Shown here: positions 1-11,880 of the stretch, piece by piece
Layout: each line of letters begins with the position of its first letter
Numbering within the stretch: the first letter of the stretch is position 1
Source: Octopus sinensis
Taxonomy: Eukaryota
Length of the DNA: 64,000 bases
Assembly (NCBI RefSeq): GCF_006345805.1
Contig: NC_043017.1
Span: 33,294,001-33,358,000 of the forward strand
Direction: 5' to 3'
Program-made: the position numbers and the translations under genes
The notes under the pieces: model-generated
What the model was told of the DNA's origin: nothing
What the model saw: the letters and a program-made list of their open reading frames with translations, nothing else
The model's database searches: none

Positions 1-504
1 ACTGATTATCAATGTACGTTGAAATCGGGTGGTGGGTGCGTTGAAGATATCTACAGGTCAGGCGGCGGTCAAATCCAGTAGGTGAGAGCAAGGGGTGTGG
101 AGATGTTCTGTGTGACCAAAACTAAAATTCTGAATATTTTAAGAATACTGGGTGTATTTTTTGGGGGCGAGACAAAAACTACCTAGAAGCATGTATGTGT
201 GTACTGGCCTATGTGTGCGCGGCCGTATGTTGGTAAAAGGCGTTACATAATGGTCACTGCTGAAAAATTCGTCAGGCGGCAGAAAATATTTTTTGTGTTC
301 GTGTGTTCGTCTAGGCCTGCTTGTCAAAAAATTAACGTCGTCAAAGAATCCTAAGGGTATATAAAATTCCTGCGTTTGCTTCCAAAACAAACCACCATTC
401 GCCTAATGGGAGTAATTTCCCCTTGCAAGGGTTATTCATATATCTCTTAAAAAGCTTTCTCAAAAATTATTTCCAAAGGTTATTGGTGCTAATTATCTTA
501 GGTA

Positions 505-1239
505 TCATTTATAAGCAAGATAAGTATAACGCCGCCAATGGGGACATCGAAAAGCCGACTGTAAAAGTCCGTTTACCAACCGGTCTCTGGCGAACAATAT
601 GTGGAAAAGCTCAGAGACACAAAGATTGCACTTCCTTCTGCCCCTATCAAATGGGAGGGCCACCGACAAAATCGACCATTCCAGCTTGAAACCTGAGTTC
701 GCTTTCCTCAAACCCCATATAAGCTTGCTAAGTCCCGTAGCTTGGTATTTATTCACGTCGCGAAAAGTTGCGAAATGGTTGGAAATTCGCAAGGCCAATT
801 TTGACGATGAGGCCCCGACATACGAGTAGACATCTGAGTCCGTGTAAAACTTACATTGGTAAATGGCATTTCTGATCTTGGAGTTATTCGACAAGAACCT
901 TATTCTATTGGGATTAGCTTCTGAAATTAGAACTGCGTTACTGTTACTATATTGATTGCGAGAACTGCGGCCGCTTACTACCTTATATTCCTCAAATTCA
1001 CTATTAATTAACGGACTAACCCCTGAGTCTTCCCTATCACTGAGAGCGCTGTAATTGCTAGTATCCGTGGGCCTGCTATTGCCGGAACCGATGCTGGAGT
1101 TGCTGTTAGGACTCTCTACATTAATGGCCCGAGCTGCGCTCACCTCACTATTGCCATTACTAACGTTAATGACATCACCATTTCTTCTATCGCTACATCT
1201 AGTATTTAATCCCTGGTTGGTACTGAGATTATCAGTCAC
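505..1239 (-). CDS. Stand-alone GIY-YIG endonuclease ORF (Penelope-like-element type), 244 aa, Ser/Asn-rich N-terminus, no RT
   Basis: Uninterrupted ORF with NAIYQC...YVG...LRISNH...LSKLIW.L...WSIL...CNLCVSE...LVN...CPH. The Tyr/Gly, Arg, His, Glu and Asn positions and the CxxC/CxH of PLE-type GIY-YIG domains are present. It starts at GTG after an in-frame stop, with (TA)n just upstream. Confidence 0.85.
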   Translation of the reverse strand: MTDNLSTNQGLNTRCSDRRNGDVINVSNGNSEVSAARAINVESPNSNSSIGSGNSRPTDTSNYSALSDREDSGVSPLINSEFEEYKVVSGRSSRNQYSNSNAVLISEANPNRIRFLSNNSKIRNAIYQCKFYTDSDVYSYVGASSSKLALRISNHFATFRDVNKYQATGLSKLIWGLRKANSGFKLEWSILSVALPFDRGRRKCNLCVSELFHILFARDRLVNGLLQSAFRCPHWRRYTYLAYK

Positions 1240-1288
1240 TGTACTGGCTCTCTATCATTATTACTACTATTATTATTCCTACTGAGCG

Positions 1289-1342
1289 TTATATATATAT
1301 AATATATATTATTATATATATATATATTATATATCTATATAT

Positions 1343-1392
<50 letters not shown>

Positions 1393-1402
1393 ATATATAT
1401 TA

Positions 1403-1481
<79 letters not shown>

Positions 1482-1486
1482 TATAA
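1289..1486. repeat. (TA)n microsatellite
   Basis: Directly visible. Confidence 0.98.
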
Positions 1487-1487
1487 A

Positions 1488-1990
1488 CTAGCAGTATCGC
1501 CCGGCGTTGCTCGGGTTTGTAAGGGAAATAACTAAAGAAGTATTTTTAGAGAGTTACTTCCCTTATAGATGCCAATTCGGGCTTTCTTAGCCATTTCTGT
1601 TTTGGTATCTTCAAGCCATGAAGTCGTTGTTCTAAAAGAACGCTGGTCTCCTTGACAACGCTTTACGACGTTGATTTCCTTACACTCCCTTCCCCACAGC
1701 TTCACGAGGGAGAGAAGAAGGGGAGAAGCAAACAGGTGCAGGTGTGACCATGGACGCCAATTCCGCCGCCATCGACACACGAAAAATTATGCATTAAAAT
1801 GGAATAAAAAATGATGTTAAATTATTTTTAAAATCGTAGACTCATTGTAGACGCGCGCTAATACTCAGACGGGCTCGATATAAATCACGACTATAAGATA
1901 CCCGAATTTGGTTAAACTGCACCGCAAAATATGGAGTAGTTAGGAATCTAAATCGAAGGGGACAGACACTCACACAACTACAGTTATTAT

Positions 1991-1993
<3 letters not shown>
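1488..1993 (-). mobile_element. Non-autonomous Helitron (506 bp)
   Basis: Minus strand reads A|TC...CTAG|T, with a subterminal hairpin CCCGAGCAACGCCGGG 8 nt before the CTAG. Confidence 0.8.
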
Positions 1994-2030
<37 letters not shown>

Positions 2031-2139
2031 TATTATAAATATATTATATATATATTGGTAAAAACGGTAAGATAACAAAAGAAAGGAAGAGACCTTCTAT
2101 CTATACAATAATATGTTACAATTACTCAATAGTCAAGAT

Positions 2140-2325
2140 ATAGTTAATCCAAACAAGAAAACACAAAAAAAACACAACCACGCGAGGACGTGGAACAAAT
2201 ATAGTATTATTGGACGCTCAGGAAAGAAGGAAAAAGGAGGGTCTAACGTTTTAAGCGGAGCTCTTCGTCGGAAACATAGGAGAAGGAAAGATCAAAGAAG
2301 GGAAGACAGAGGAAACAAATCGCCA
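2140..2325 (-). mobile_element. Short HHR-bearing repeat, family F1 (this copy has GAAA mutated to AAAA)
   Basis: Homologous to 37905-38128 and 39345-39550; minus strand reads CCGACGA-A-GAGC-TCC-GCTT-AAAA-CGTT. Confidence 0.7.
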
Positions 2326-2328
2326 ACG

Positions 2329-2383
<55 letters not shown>

Positions 2384-2385
<2 letters not shown>

Positions 2386-2973
2386 GCAATTAAGGACAAC
2401 TACTTAATAAGGAAAACTTAACAAGAAATTGTCAGGTAGATAGCGTAAAAACCTCATAAGAGAAAAAATTTCGAAAATAATTATTTCTTATTGAACATAT
2501 TAATTTATATATAGAGGGCATTATACATACATGCCAGATGGCATTATACATACATGCCACACGCTAAGAGGGACAATTAGTCATTTCTACCAAAAATATT
2601 ACTAATCCCACCGAATGCAATTTTTCAAAGTAAGACATTTAAAAAATATAGACCTGTATCACCGTGATTTCATACTTACGTATTCATCAGCAGGCCTGGA
2701 TGTATCATACATAAACGACCCTGCCTCGCTTAAGTCGATCAGCTAACTGATCAACGTCAACGAAGCACATGGGTGAGTTTACATATATTATATCCTGTAA
2801 ATGTCAGACTTTTACGAATTGCATTTCGGGAAGGGAAAAGTTTTTCGGATTAAAAATTTAGCAATTAAGGACAACTACTTAATAAGGAAAACTTAACAAG
2901 AAATTGTCAATTTACCTGACAATTTCTTGTTAAGTTTTCCTTATTAAGTAGTTGTCCTTAATTGCTAAATTTT
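2384..2973 (-). mobile_element. PLE/retrozyme-like non-autonomous element: 475-nt monomer, 51-nt terminal direct repeat and inverted copy
   Basis: Direct repeats at 2384-2434 and 2859-2909, inverted copy at 2913-2973, internal HHR, (TA)n on both flanks. Confidence 0.75.
2651..2696 (-). ncRNA. Minimal type I hammerhead ribozyme
   Basis: Minus strand GGCCTG-CTGATGA-ATAC(GTAA)GTAT-GAAA-TCAC(G)GTGA-T-A-CAGGTC. Core intact, stems I-III pair, predicted cleavage after AUA (2657/2656). Confidence 0.88.
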
Positions 2974-2993
2974 CTTCAAATGAGGGAATATTT

Positions 2994-3024
<31 letters not shown>

Positions 3025-3049
3025 TATATATATATTATATATATATTCA

Positions 3050-3400
3050 AGAGAGCCTTAAGAAAGACCAGACGGGATTCCTTTGAAGATAGAATATGAC
3101 AAGTTCTTACAGATGTACAGAATAACATCGAATCCAAATACCGAGTAGGTGACCCGCGGACTCGATGTTCTCCAGAAAGATTTCATTCTGTGTTTGACAA
3201 TTTGTTGCCGAGTAGGAAACGGAAAATACAAAATTCGGGAAGTAGAACGAAATTGTTTAACACAGGTGGCGAGGTATATTTTACAATTTATAAAAACGGA
3301 AAAGAGGGCAGGGAACAAGGTAATATAACTGGACGTCTGGGCAGCGTGAAGTACATGGTAAAAGGACCAAATGATGAACATAGAAGGCATAAATAAAAGA
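3050..3400 (+). pseudogene. Ty3/Gypsy integrase C-terminal remnant
   Basis: Frameshifted RALRK...FLQMYRITSNPNT...SVFDNLLP...FNTGGEVY...G.I...GSVKYMV...HRRH, typical of the Gypsy integrase end. Confidence 0.7.
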
Positions 3401-3473
3401 ATATATAAAAGAATAGAAACACACACACATACACACAGACATATATTATATTATATATATATATATATATATA

Positions 3474-4236
3474 TTAACAATTGAGGATAGATCTTTAAAA
3501 GAAATTATCAGTAGTCAGCGTGAAAAACCTCGTAAGAGAAAAAATCCGTAAATTCTTCCTCTTTGAAAATATTCATTTATATTATATTGAGGGTACTACT
3601 ATTCGTAGATACCAACACGCTAAGAGGGACCAATGCGGTCAAAACTACTAAAATTAAACAAAATTTTACCGAATGCAAAACTTCAAAACACATCATTTTA
3701 AAAAAGAATTCAGTTACATATCACATGTGATTTCGCATTTAATGCAGAATATGCATTTCATGTTCATCAGTGCAACAAACTCAAGAAATATAAGAGAAAA
3801 ACATAACATTACAAGCTCGATAGCCAACCGTAGAATTCGTCGTAGCATGTACGAATGTTTATCTTTACATATCTATGAAAGCCCGCCATTTAAGCCCGCC
3901 ATTTTGCATTCGGTAAAATTTTGTTTATTTTTAGTAGTTTTGACCGCATTGGTCCCTCTTAGCGTGTTGGTATCTACGAATAGTAGTACCCTCAATATAA
4001 TATAAATGAATATTTTCAAAGAGGAAGAATTTACGGATTTTTTCTCTTACGAGGTTTTTCACGCTGACTACTGATAATTTCTTTTAAAGATTTTATCCTC
4101 AATTGTTAATTTATATTTTTCACCGGAATAGTTCAATACTGAATTTTTATTCCGACTAGACAATTTGTTACCGAAATGCATTGCGAATAAGCCCGCCATT
4201 TTCATAGATATGTAAAGATAAACATTCGTACATGCT
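3474..4236. mobile_element. Fold-back HHR-bearing element between (TA)n tracts
   Basis: About 200-bp inverted arms (3474-3675 / 3904-4110) and a second inverted pair (about 3844-3878 / 4202-4236). Shares motifs CACGCTAAGAGGGAC and AAAAACCTC.TAAGAGAAAAAAT with the 2384 element. Confidence 0.7.
3714..3775 (-). ncRNA. Type I hammerhead with elongated, imperfect stem II
   Basis: TTGCA-CTGATGA-(29 nt containing AATGCA/TGCATT hairpin)-GAAA-TCACATGTGA-T-A-TGTAA; stem III lies in the perfect palindrome ATCACATGTGAT. Confidence 0.7.
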
Positions 4237-4247
4237 ATATATATATA

Positions 4248-4626
4248 GCCACAATGGCCCAGTGGTTAGGGCAGCGGACTCGCGGTCATAGGATTGCGGT
4301 TTCGATTCCCAGACCGGGCGTTGTGAGTGTTTATTGAGCGAAAACACCTAAAGCTCCACGAGGCTCCGGCAGGGGATGGTGGTGATCCCTGCTGTACTCT
4401 TTCACCACAGCTTTCTCTCACTCTTACTTCCTGTTTCTGTTGTACCTGTATTTCAAGGGACCGGCCTTGTCACTCTCTGTGTCACGCTGAATATCCCCCG
4501 AGAACTACGTTAAGGGTACACATGTCTGTGGAGTGCTCAGCCACTTACACGTTAATTTCACGAGCAGGCTGTTCCGTTGATTCGGATCAACCGGAACCCT
4601 CATCGTCGTAACCGACGGAGTGCTTC

Positions 4627-4627
<1 letters not shown>
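4248..4627 (+). mobile_element. tRNA-derived SINE family B
   Basis: tRNA-like head TGGCCCAGTGGTTAGG...GGTTTCGATTCCC; further copies at 29594, 32440, 34222, 46866 and 59701. Confidence 0.85.
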
Positions 4628-4680
<53 letters not shown>

Positions 4681-5663
4681 TATATAAAGGGAAAAATAGA
4701 GAGGGACGTGAAATATTTATGAGCAGGAAGAACTTTTAGAAACGAATAAATGCAATCATTTAAAATTGTATTTGCAGAGAAAGAAAAAAAAATGCTTAAA
4801 ATTTTATGATTATACATTTTACGTTTAAAGCTTTCTGATAATGAAAAGTTATTTTTTCTTGAGATTTATCTATTTTGTACGTCATTATGTTTAAAGAAAA
4901 TGGTAAATAACCTAATTATTTTAAAGATTTTCTTAAAATAGAGTAAAAGTCGTGATACCATTATGGGAGATTAAATAGAATTTAAGTTATAAGACTTCTG
5001 TTTGGTTGGAAAGCTTTTTAAAAATTAGAATCCAAACAACTCGATTTGATGATTAAAGTGCAGCCGGCTTCGTTTATTCATTCAGTTTCCACTGACAATT
5101 CTCAATAATTATAGATTTTATAGCTTATTAGAGATGACATGTAGAAATTTATTTTCCATGTCAATAAAATTTACATTCTTGTAAAGGAATTAATGAATCT
5201 GTTCATATATAATTTGACAATTAAGGAGATGGTTAAACTTCATTGAGGTCGGAATGAACTAAAACATGCTTGGATGTGTCTCCCTTATTTGCCAGAAAAT
5301 GCAAAAAATATTAATTATTAATATGTCTTTACTTTTTACTTGTTTCGGTTACGGAGCGGCGTCCATGCTGGAGCACCATCTTGAAAGGTTTAGTCCAATG
5401 GTTCTCAACTGGGGTCTATGTGGACTCTCAGGGGTCACATGGAGATTTTTGGGTGTCAAAGGAACAAAAGAGTAAATTGGAGATGCACAATATTATTTGG
5501 GAGCCCTTGAGAAAATTGAGAAAATTTTGCTATAAATGTAGGTATTGCTATGTATTTCAAGAAATAGCTAAGATTCTTTACGCATCCCATGTATGGAAGC
5601 GATTTGCGCAGCCGTTTTCCCGTGAAAAAGCGAATACTCACACACAGTGGTCTATTTTGTATA

Positions 5664-5713
<50 letters not shown>

Positions 5714-5887
5714 TAGAATGGGAGAAAGCGCTATCCATGATCTAAGTTATATGATGTATAAAAAATGTAATATACAAATAAATATCTGTAAATATAAACC
5801 ATCCGATTTTCTGAGTACCTCATTTCTTCTAATATAAAATACCTGTACATCATCTCCAAACCTTCCAATATATATATATATACATAC

Positions 5888-5960
5888 ACAGTAATCCCTC
5901 GACTATCGCAGGTGTTACGTTCCAAAACTCGCTGCGATTGGTTAATATCTGCGGAGTAGA
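5888..5960 (+). mobile_element. Tigger/pogo-like transposon terminus fragment
   Basis: CAGTAATCCCTCGACTATCGC resembles Tigger-type TIRs; partner end not found. Confidence 0.4.
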
Positions 5961-6074
5961 GAGAGAAATGTACTGTATATTTTTTTTACTATTTTCATAA
6001 TTGGTATATATCATTTTTATTATAAATGCAAAACAACACCACAGGTGAATCGATGTAAGCTTATATATATATAT

Positions 6075-6265
6075 AGCGAGAGTTTACAAAAAAAACAAAA
6101 GACGAAGACAAGACAGGTGGTGTACAAAACAAACAGATGTATTAGTATAACGCTCAGGAATAGAAAAAGTCTTTTATGTTTCGAGCCTACGCTCTTCTAC
6201 AGAAAGTGACACAGAAAAAACAAGGAGAGAAACAAGGAGAGAAAAAATGTGTGTAGTGGCTAACG

Positions 6266-6270
<5 letters not shown>
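6075..6270 (-). mobile_element. Short HHR-bearing repeat, family F2 (variant HHR at 6171-6206)
   Basis: CTTT-CTGTAGA-A-GAGC(GTAG)GCTC-GAAA-CAT-A-AAAG; homologous to 28020-28225 and 36190-36335; 3' end abuts (TA)n. Confidence 0.7.
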
Positions 6271-6319
<49 letters not shown>

Positions 6320-6320
<1 letters not shown>

Positions 6321-6485
6321 ACGGATTTCTACATAGTTTCGGCGTACCATATTCACCCGGAGGGATTAACCAACCAAGGGCTGTAGTAGAAGACGTTTGC
6401 TTTAGGTACTACTACCCAGTGGGACTGAACCCGAAAACAAATGGTTGCAAAGATGCCATCTTAAACCTGCATCCATGCTTGCGTA
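6320..6485 (-). mobile_element. SINE family A, degenerate 5' half
   Basis: Diverged match to the family A head (GTAGTAGAAGAC...CAGTGGGACTGAACCC). Confidence 0.6.
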
Positions 6486-8310
6486 TTTATGTCCTTTCCT
6501 CACTGAAAATTTATTTCTAATCAACATTTTTAATGCTCCATGTATTTAATATATCTCTTTACTAAATCGCGTTAACATCAGAATAAATGTTTGCTACCGA
6601 AAACAGATATACTTTCATTAAGCTTAAAAGTTTCCATACCTGTCGTTATGATATCTCCTTCTACTTATCAAGTCGTTTTCTAGATTGTCTGCTGATGTAC
6701 TTTTAAAAATTAATCTACTACCAATCACATAATTTCTGCTTTACTCATTTCATATTTTCGATGGGTTGTAAAAAATGTCTTTTAGCTCGCTTTTTATTAT
6801 ACTTCCATCGTCAAAGGCTGTCAGTAACTGAATTAACTTAATAAAAAAATTTAAACAAAAAAAGTAGAAATTATGTAAAGGAAACCATGCATTATACTAA
6901 GCCCGCAGCACCATCCATTATCTTTAGAATGTCTGACTTCTTCACCATTTCTTCATGATAACTTCCTTTTTTTACACCATCCTTATCAGATCTGGATTAG
7001 TTCGCAACTGCTTTTCTTACAATTTGTGAAACAAGAACGTTTAAGAAAGAAAGCGACTTGTTTAGAATTTACTCAGCAAAATATTTACAAGTGAGAGAAT
7101 TTCTCAGACGGAATCATATTTGATATATAAAAGGGATATTATAAAGACGTAGTACTGCTCATGCCAAGGAGAGGGAGCCACTACAATTTTGCTCTACCTC
7201 TTTGATATAGCAGCCAAACCTTCCTGAATGTACACCTTGCTCTCTTAAATAAAGAAGGATACTAAAGATGAACTGAACAACCGATAGTTAAATATGAATG
7301 GACGGTTGATCATTAATCTATCAGCTAAAAGCTGACCAAAGGATAAACATCAAAATCAAGCAAGAATTGCTATGTTTTGAAACCTCTTTCTAATAATTTC
7401 CCAGAACACCTCAACTCTTCTTGAGAAAAATACAAACATTTCACAATATTATTCTCTATCCTAGATAGACCAAGGTCTTTAACCCGTAGGAGAAAGCAAT
7501 ATATATCGCTAAAAGTCACCTATAAGACATTACATATAATTTATTTGGCAACAGAATATATTCGTTTTTGAAATTTTATTTTCTTCCAAATAGTTCAAAA
7601 ATGCTCCACAACTTTCGTATATACTGTCACTATAAAATGCTGGATTATCATTTCATCTTGCCATAAGACCTAGAAACACAAATCTTCACACTCAAACCTC
7701 TTCCTGTCTGACATTCGTTTTTACCATTTCATCTTGTAGTTGTGATAAATGATCATATTCCAACTTCATATAACCCTGTCCACAAACTCCAGCCCTTAAT
7801 CTTTTCTTGCATCATCAATCAAATGTTCGCTGAAAACTTTGTAACACTGGCTCTCTGTAATTCTGCGTTCAACTTTCAAAACTGTTTCCTTATTACTTAT
7901 TTCTAGACGCGAAAATATTACAAAGCCTTGTTTTATGCGAAACCTCTTTGGACAATTTATTCTGATTCATCTCATAACACAGAAAAGTATAAATATGCGC
8001 ATATTCACACATATGAGCATAGTTAAATGTGTAAAGTGATATATTCTTAGCTGTATCCACTTATACTGCTGCACACAGATACAGAAAGAGATGCCAGTAC
8101 ACACCTCTTGCAGGCTATGTGTTGTATAATCTGACGTGCGCATCGAAACCTATGCAGAGCTTACACAGATGCACACATACAAGCTTACTGTAGCATATTG
8201 ACATCGGAACATGCATTTCACCATTATCACCAGCACCACTATTATCTTACGTCCGATTTCTACACACACACTCACACACACACACAGACACAGGCACACA
8301 CACACACACA

Positions 8311-8370
<60 letters not shown>

Positions 8371-8587
8371 CACACACATATATATATATACACGCACACA
8401 CATTTATTCATAGCCTTTATACTAAGCGAAAAGTCTCCTTGTTGTTGCCTCTGCCAACTCCGTTACTCGCGTTCGGTGCATTCCGATTAGTTGGTGATCC
8501 CTTGACTCTGAATGAATATATGTTTGTACCTGCCCCTGTAAATGTTTTTTTCTCTCTAGTTTTCAGCCCAGAGCTCCGGCCATGCTG

Positions 8588-8588
<1 letters not shown>

Positions 8589-8618
<30 letters not shown>

Positions 8619-8760
8619 TGTATGCATGTATGTATGTATGTATGTATGTATGTATGTATGTATGTATGTGTATGTATGTATGTATGTATCTATGTATGTA
8701 TGTATGTATGTATGTATGTATCTATGTATGTATGTATGTATAGATAGATAGATAGATAAA
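8589..8760. repeat. (TATG)n/(GATA)n microsatellite
   Basis: Directly visible. Confidence 0.95.
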
Positions 8761-9034
8761 GATAGCGATATACATGTAGATATAGATATATAGATAGATA
8801 CAGAGAGAGAATTATTAGTGAGGGATTATGAATTTGGGTGAAATACTTTATAAGTTCGCTGTTCGTACACCAAGCTAACAATGTTAGTTAAATTATTAAA
8901 GAACCCCGCGTATTTTTTTGTGGCAGAGTCCAAGGCTATATTTCATCACAGTTCTATTTTGTAAATCCGTTGTTTGTGTTCTATGGCTGCTATATACATA
9001 TACATACATACATGCATATATATATATATATATA

Positions 9035-10885
9035 CTAGCCGAGGCACTCGGCAACGCCTGGGAATGACATTTTTCCTTAGATATTGGAAAAATAACAATA
9101 AAAAACAAATAAACGAAAATACAAAATTTACCACTTTTATGAAAGGAGATAAAATCTACCACATAATTTGAAGGAAACTATGTAAAAGCTTCTGGGTAAA
9201 CAACATTCTTTGTCGTCTGGTTTGGAGCATAGACAAACAAATCTTGCAAACTACCTACCTTGGAGCAACCAGCAAAGTTGACCTTGAGAGGATCAAGCCA
9301 TTAGATTTCAAAGACTGATCTTGAGATGTATAGATAGACATTGCAAAGGAAAGTCGCACTGGGAATTGTCTTGATTTGAACTCAAAGAGCATGTCTGTTG
9401 GCTTGATTGGAATTCTTGGAATGAAAGCCTCTTCCCCAGATTCACGTCTGGTGATAATGGTAGCCTCTGTCACATTAGGTGACAGAGGCTACAATCAACC
9501 TAGTCACATGGCATAATTTGGGAGGATCTAAATTTCTTAGAAGCATTATTGGGACTCCTACATTCAGAAATGTTTATGTGGAGGAATTCAAGGTAGGTCA
9601 AGGGAATTAAGGAACTCTGTTGGTTAATGGACAGCTTGATTTTCATCAAGGACTGACTCAACTGATTTGTACTTCTTAATGGCTGTCGGAATCTCATTCA
9701 TTAATTCATGGTTAATTCTTGCTACTGTCTCATTTTTTGGATTAAGTATTGCTCTTTAACACAACCATTTATGTGAATTATAATTATTACTTAAATCTGG
9801 AGATAACTTGATCTTCAATTGAGCTGGGGAATTCATCGTGATAGCAATATGAGCCAAACTGATATCATCATTCCCATCAAGTGGTACTTTCTCATTTCCT
9901 TATTGGTGGAGCCAGGTTGAAAACTGTTCTGCATATTGGCCCCATGTAATGAATCTGGCACGTTAGGATTGAAGGAGAATTTCAGTACTTCATACCATAG
10001 GTGTGAAGACTTAATGCATGATTTTATTTCATCAGATCTTATTCGTCTCAGAATAACTGGTAATGTCTGTCTGAAGTCTCCTGATAAAACTAATGTAACT
10101 CCTTCCATAAATTTATTGTTACCTCTGATGTCCCGTAAGATCTCACCAAGAGCTTCCATTCCACCTCTATGTGACACGGTGCATTCATCCCAAATGATCA
10201 GATGGCATTGGTACAACACTTCTGCTGACCCTGAATCTTTGCTTATGTTACAAATTAGCCTGTCACTTGTAACCAGGTTTAGTGGTAATTTAAAAACAGA
10301 ATAAGCTGTTCGTCCTCCTGTGAGAATGGTGGCAGCAAAGCCAGACAATGGTACAGCAACTGCAATTTTCTTCTTTTTTACCCCTTATTTTGGAGTGGCT
10401 GTGTGGTAAGTAGCTTGCTTACCAACAACATGGTTCCGGGTTCAGTCCCACTGCATGGCACCTTGGGTGAGTGTCTTCTACCATAGCCTCGGGCCGACCA
10501 AGACCTTGTGAGTGGATTTAGTACAGGCAAACTGAAAGACGCCTGTCGTATATATGTATGTATATATATATATATGTGTGTGTGTGTGTTTGTGTGTCGG
10601 TGTTGGCAACCGATGCTAGTATTTTTGCGTCCCGTAACTTAGCGGTTCGGCAAAAGTGACCGATAGAATAAGTACTAGGCTTACAAAGAATAAGTCCCGG
10701 GGTCGATTAGCTCGACTAAAGGCGGTGCTCCAGCATGGCTGCAGTCAAATGACTGAAACAAGTAAAAGAGTAAAAAGAGTAAAGAGAAGTAATGTTACAA
10801 ATGTTTTACGTGTGTCACCAGGAGCACCAAGAAAGAAAATTCCTCTGCTTTTTTTCTGATGATTGTAGAACATTACCCGCGCACT
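9035..10885 (-). mobile_element. Helitron 3' remnant with a disrupted PIF1-type helicase, split by a SINE
   Basis: Walker A relic GIFFLGAPGDTRKTF (about 10790-10850), SGFAATIL.GGRTAYSVFKLPL, IIWDEC, GDFRQTLPV, RQFPVRLSFAMSI; 3' hairpin plus CTAG at 9035. Confidence 0.9.
10392..10786 (+). mobile_element. tRNA-derived SINE family A (internal TA/CA microsatellite, (AGTAAAAG)n tail)
   Basis: Head GGAGTGGCTGTGTGGTAAG...GGTTCAGTCCC; about 20 copies in the window. Confidence 0.9.
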
Positions 10886-10994
10886 CACACACACACAGAT
10901 ACATATACATAGAGTATCAAACCACAGAAGAAATGGAGGTGTGTGAGAGAGAGAGAGAGAGAGAAAGTGTGAGTGAAGGTGTGTGTTGTCATAT

Positions 10995-11407
10995 TTACTC
11001 TCTTTTACTCTTTTACTTGTTTCAGTCATTTGGCTGCGGCCATGCTGGAGCACCACCTTTAATCGAGCAACTCGACCCCGGGACTTATTCTTTTGTAAGC
11101 CTAGTACTTATTCTATCGGTCTCTTTTGCCGAACTGCTAAGTAACGGGGACGTAAACACAGCAGCATCGGTTGTCAAGCAATGCTAGGGGGACAAACACA
11201 GACACACAAACATACACGCACACACACATATATATATACATATATACGACGGGCTTCTTTCAGTTTCCGTCTACCAAATCCACTCACAAGGCATTGGTCG
11301 GCCCGGGGCTATAGCAGAAGACACTTGCCCAAGATGCCACGCAGTGGGAGTGAACCCGGAACCATGTGGTTGGTTAGCAAGCTACTTACCACACAGCCAC
11401 TCCTGCG
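10995..11407 (-). mobile_element. SINE family A
   Basis: Full-length copy, inverted relative to 10392. Confidence 0.9.
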
Positions 11408-11844
11408 ATATGTATACACATAAATAATAGGTGTACATCTTTCTTGTATTTATGTGTACGTGTGTGTGAGAAAGAGAGAGTGCTACTTAGACATCCGTCT
11501 CCCTCACACACAATCATACATACAGGAAGGATGTATGCATATGTATTTATGTATGAACGAATACATGACAACGCTCGCCTTCACTCACTCACACCCACCC
11601 ACCATACATAAATGTATGCAAACGTACGTACAAAAACACGTGTGTGTGTGTGACTTATAAACACGTAGAGCTGAGCACAGCGTGAAAAAGAAAATAAAAG
11701 AATTTTTATGCAAATAAACGAAGTGTGTGAGTTCCAGCAAAATAATGCCCGTATTTGTGGGGGCGCCACATGTTTAATTGAAAAATTACGTGATATTTGT
11801 GTAATAAAGAAATCCAACCTGGAGTGTGTGTTTGAGAGAGAGAA

Positions 11845-11880
<36 letters not shown>

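Noticed and set aside
260-280. CTGACGA downstream of the GIY-YIG ORF (also isolated CTGANGA at 10029, 29440, 36857, 42516 and 53398)
   Set aside because: No stem II plus GAAA follows
4248-4320. tRNA genes at SINE heads
   Set aside because: A/B boxes are present, but there is no complete cloverleaf and each is followed by a multi-copy SINE body
6480-7960. Possible very old Tx1/L1 relic on the minus strand
   Set aside because: Only vague residue similarity by eye; cannot be supported without an alignment
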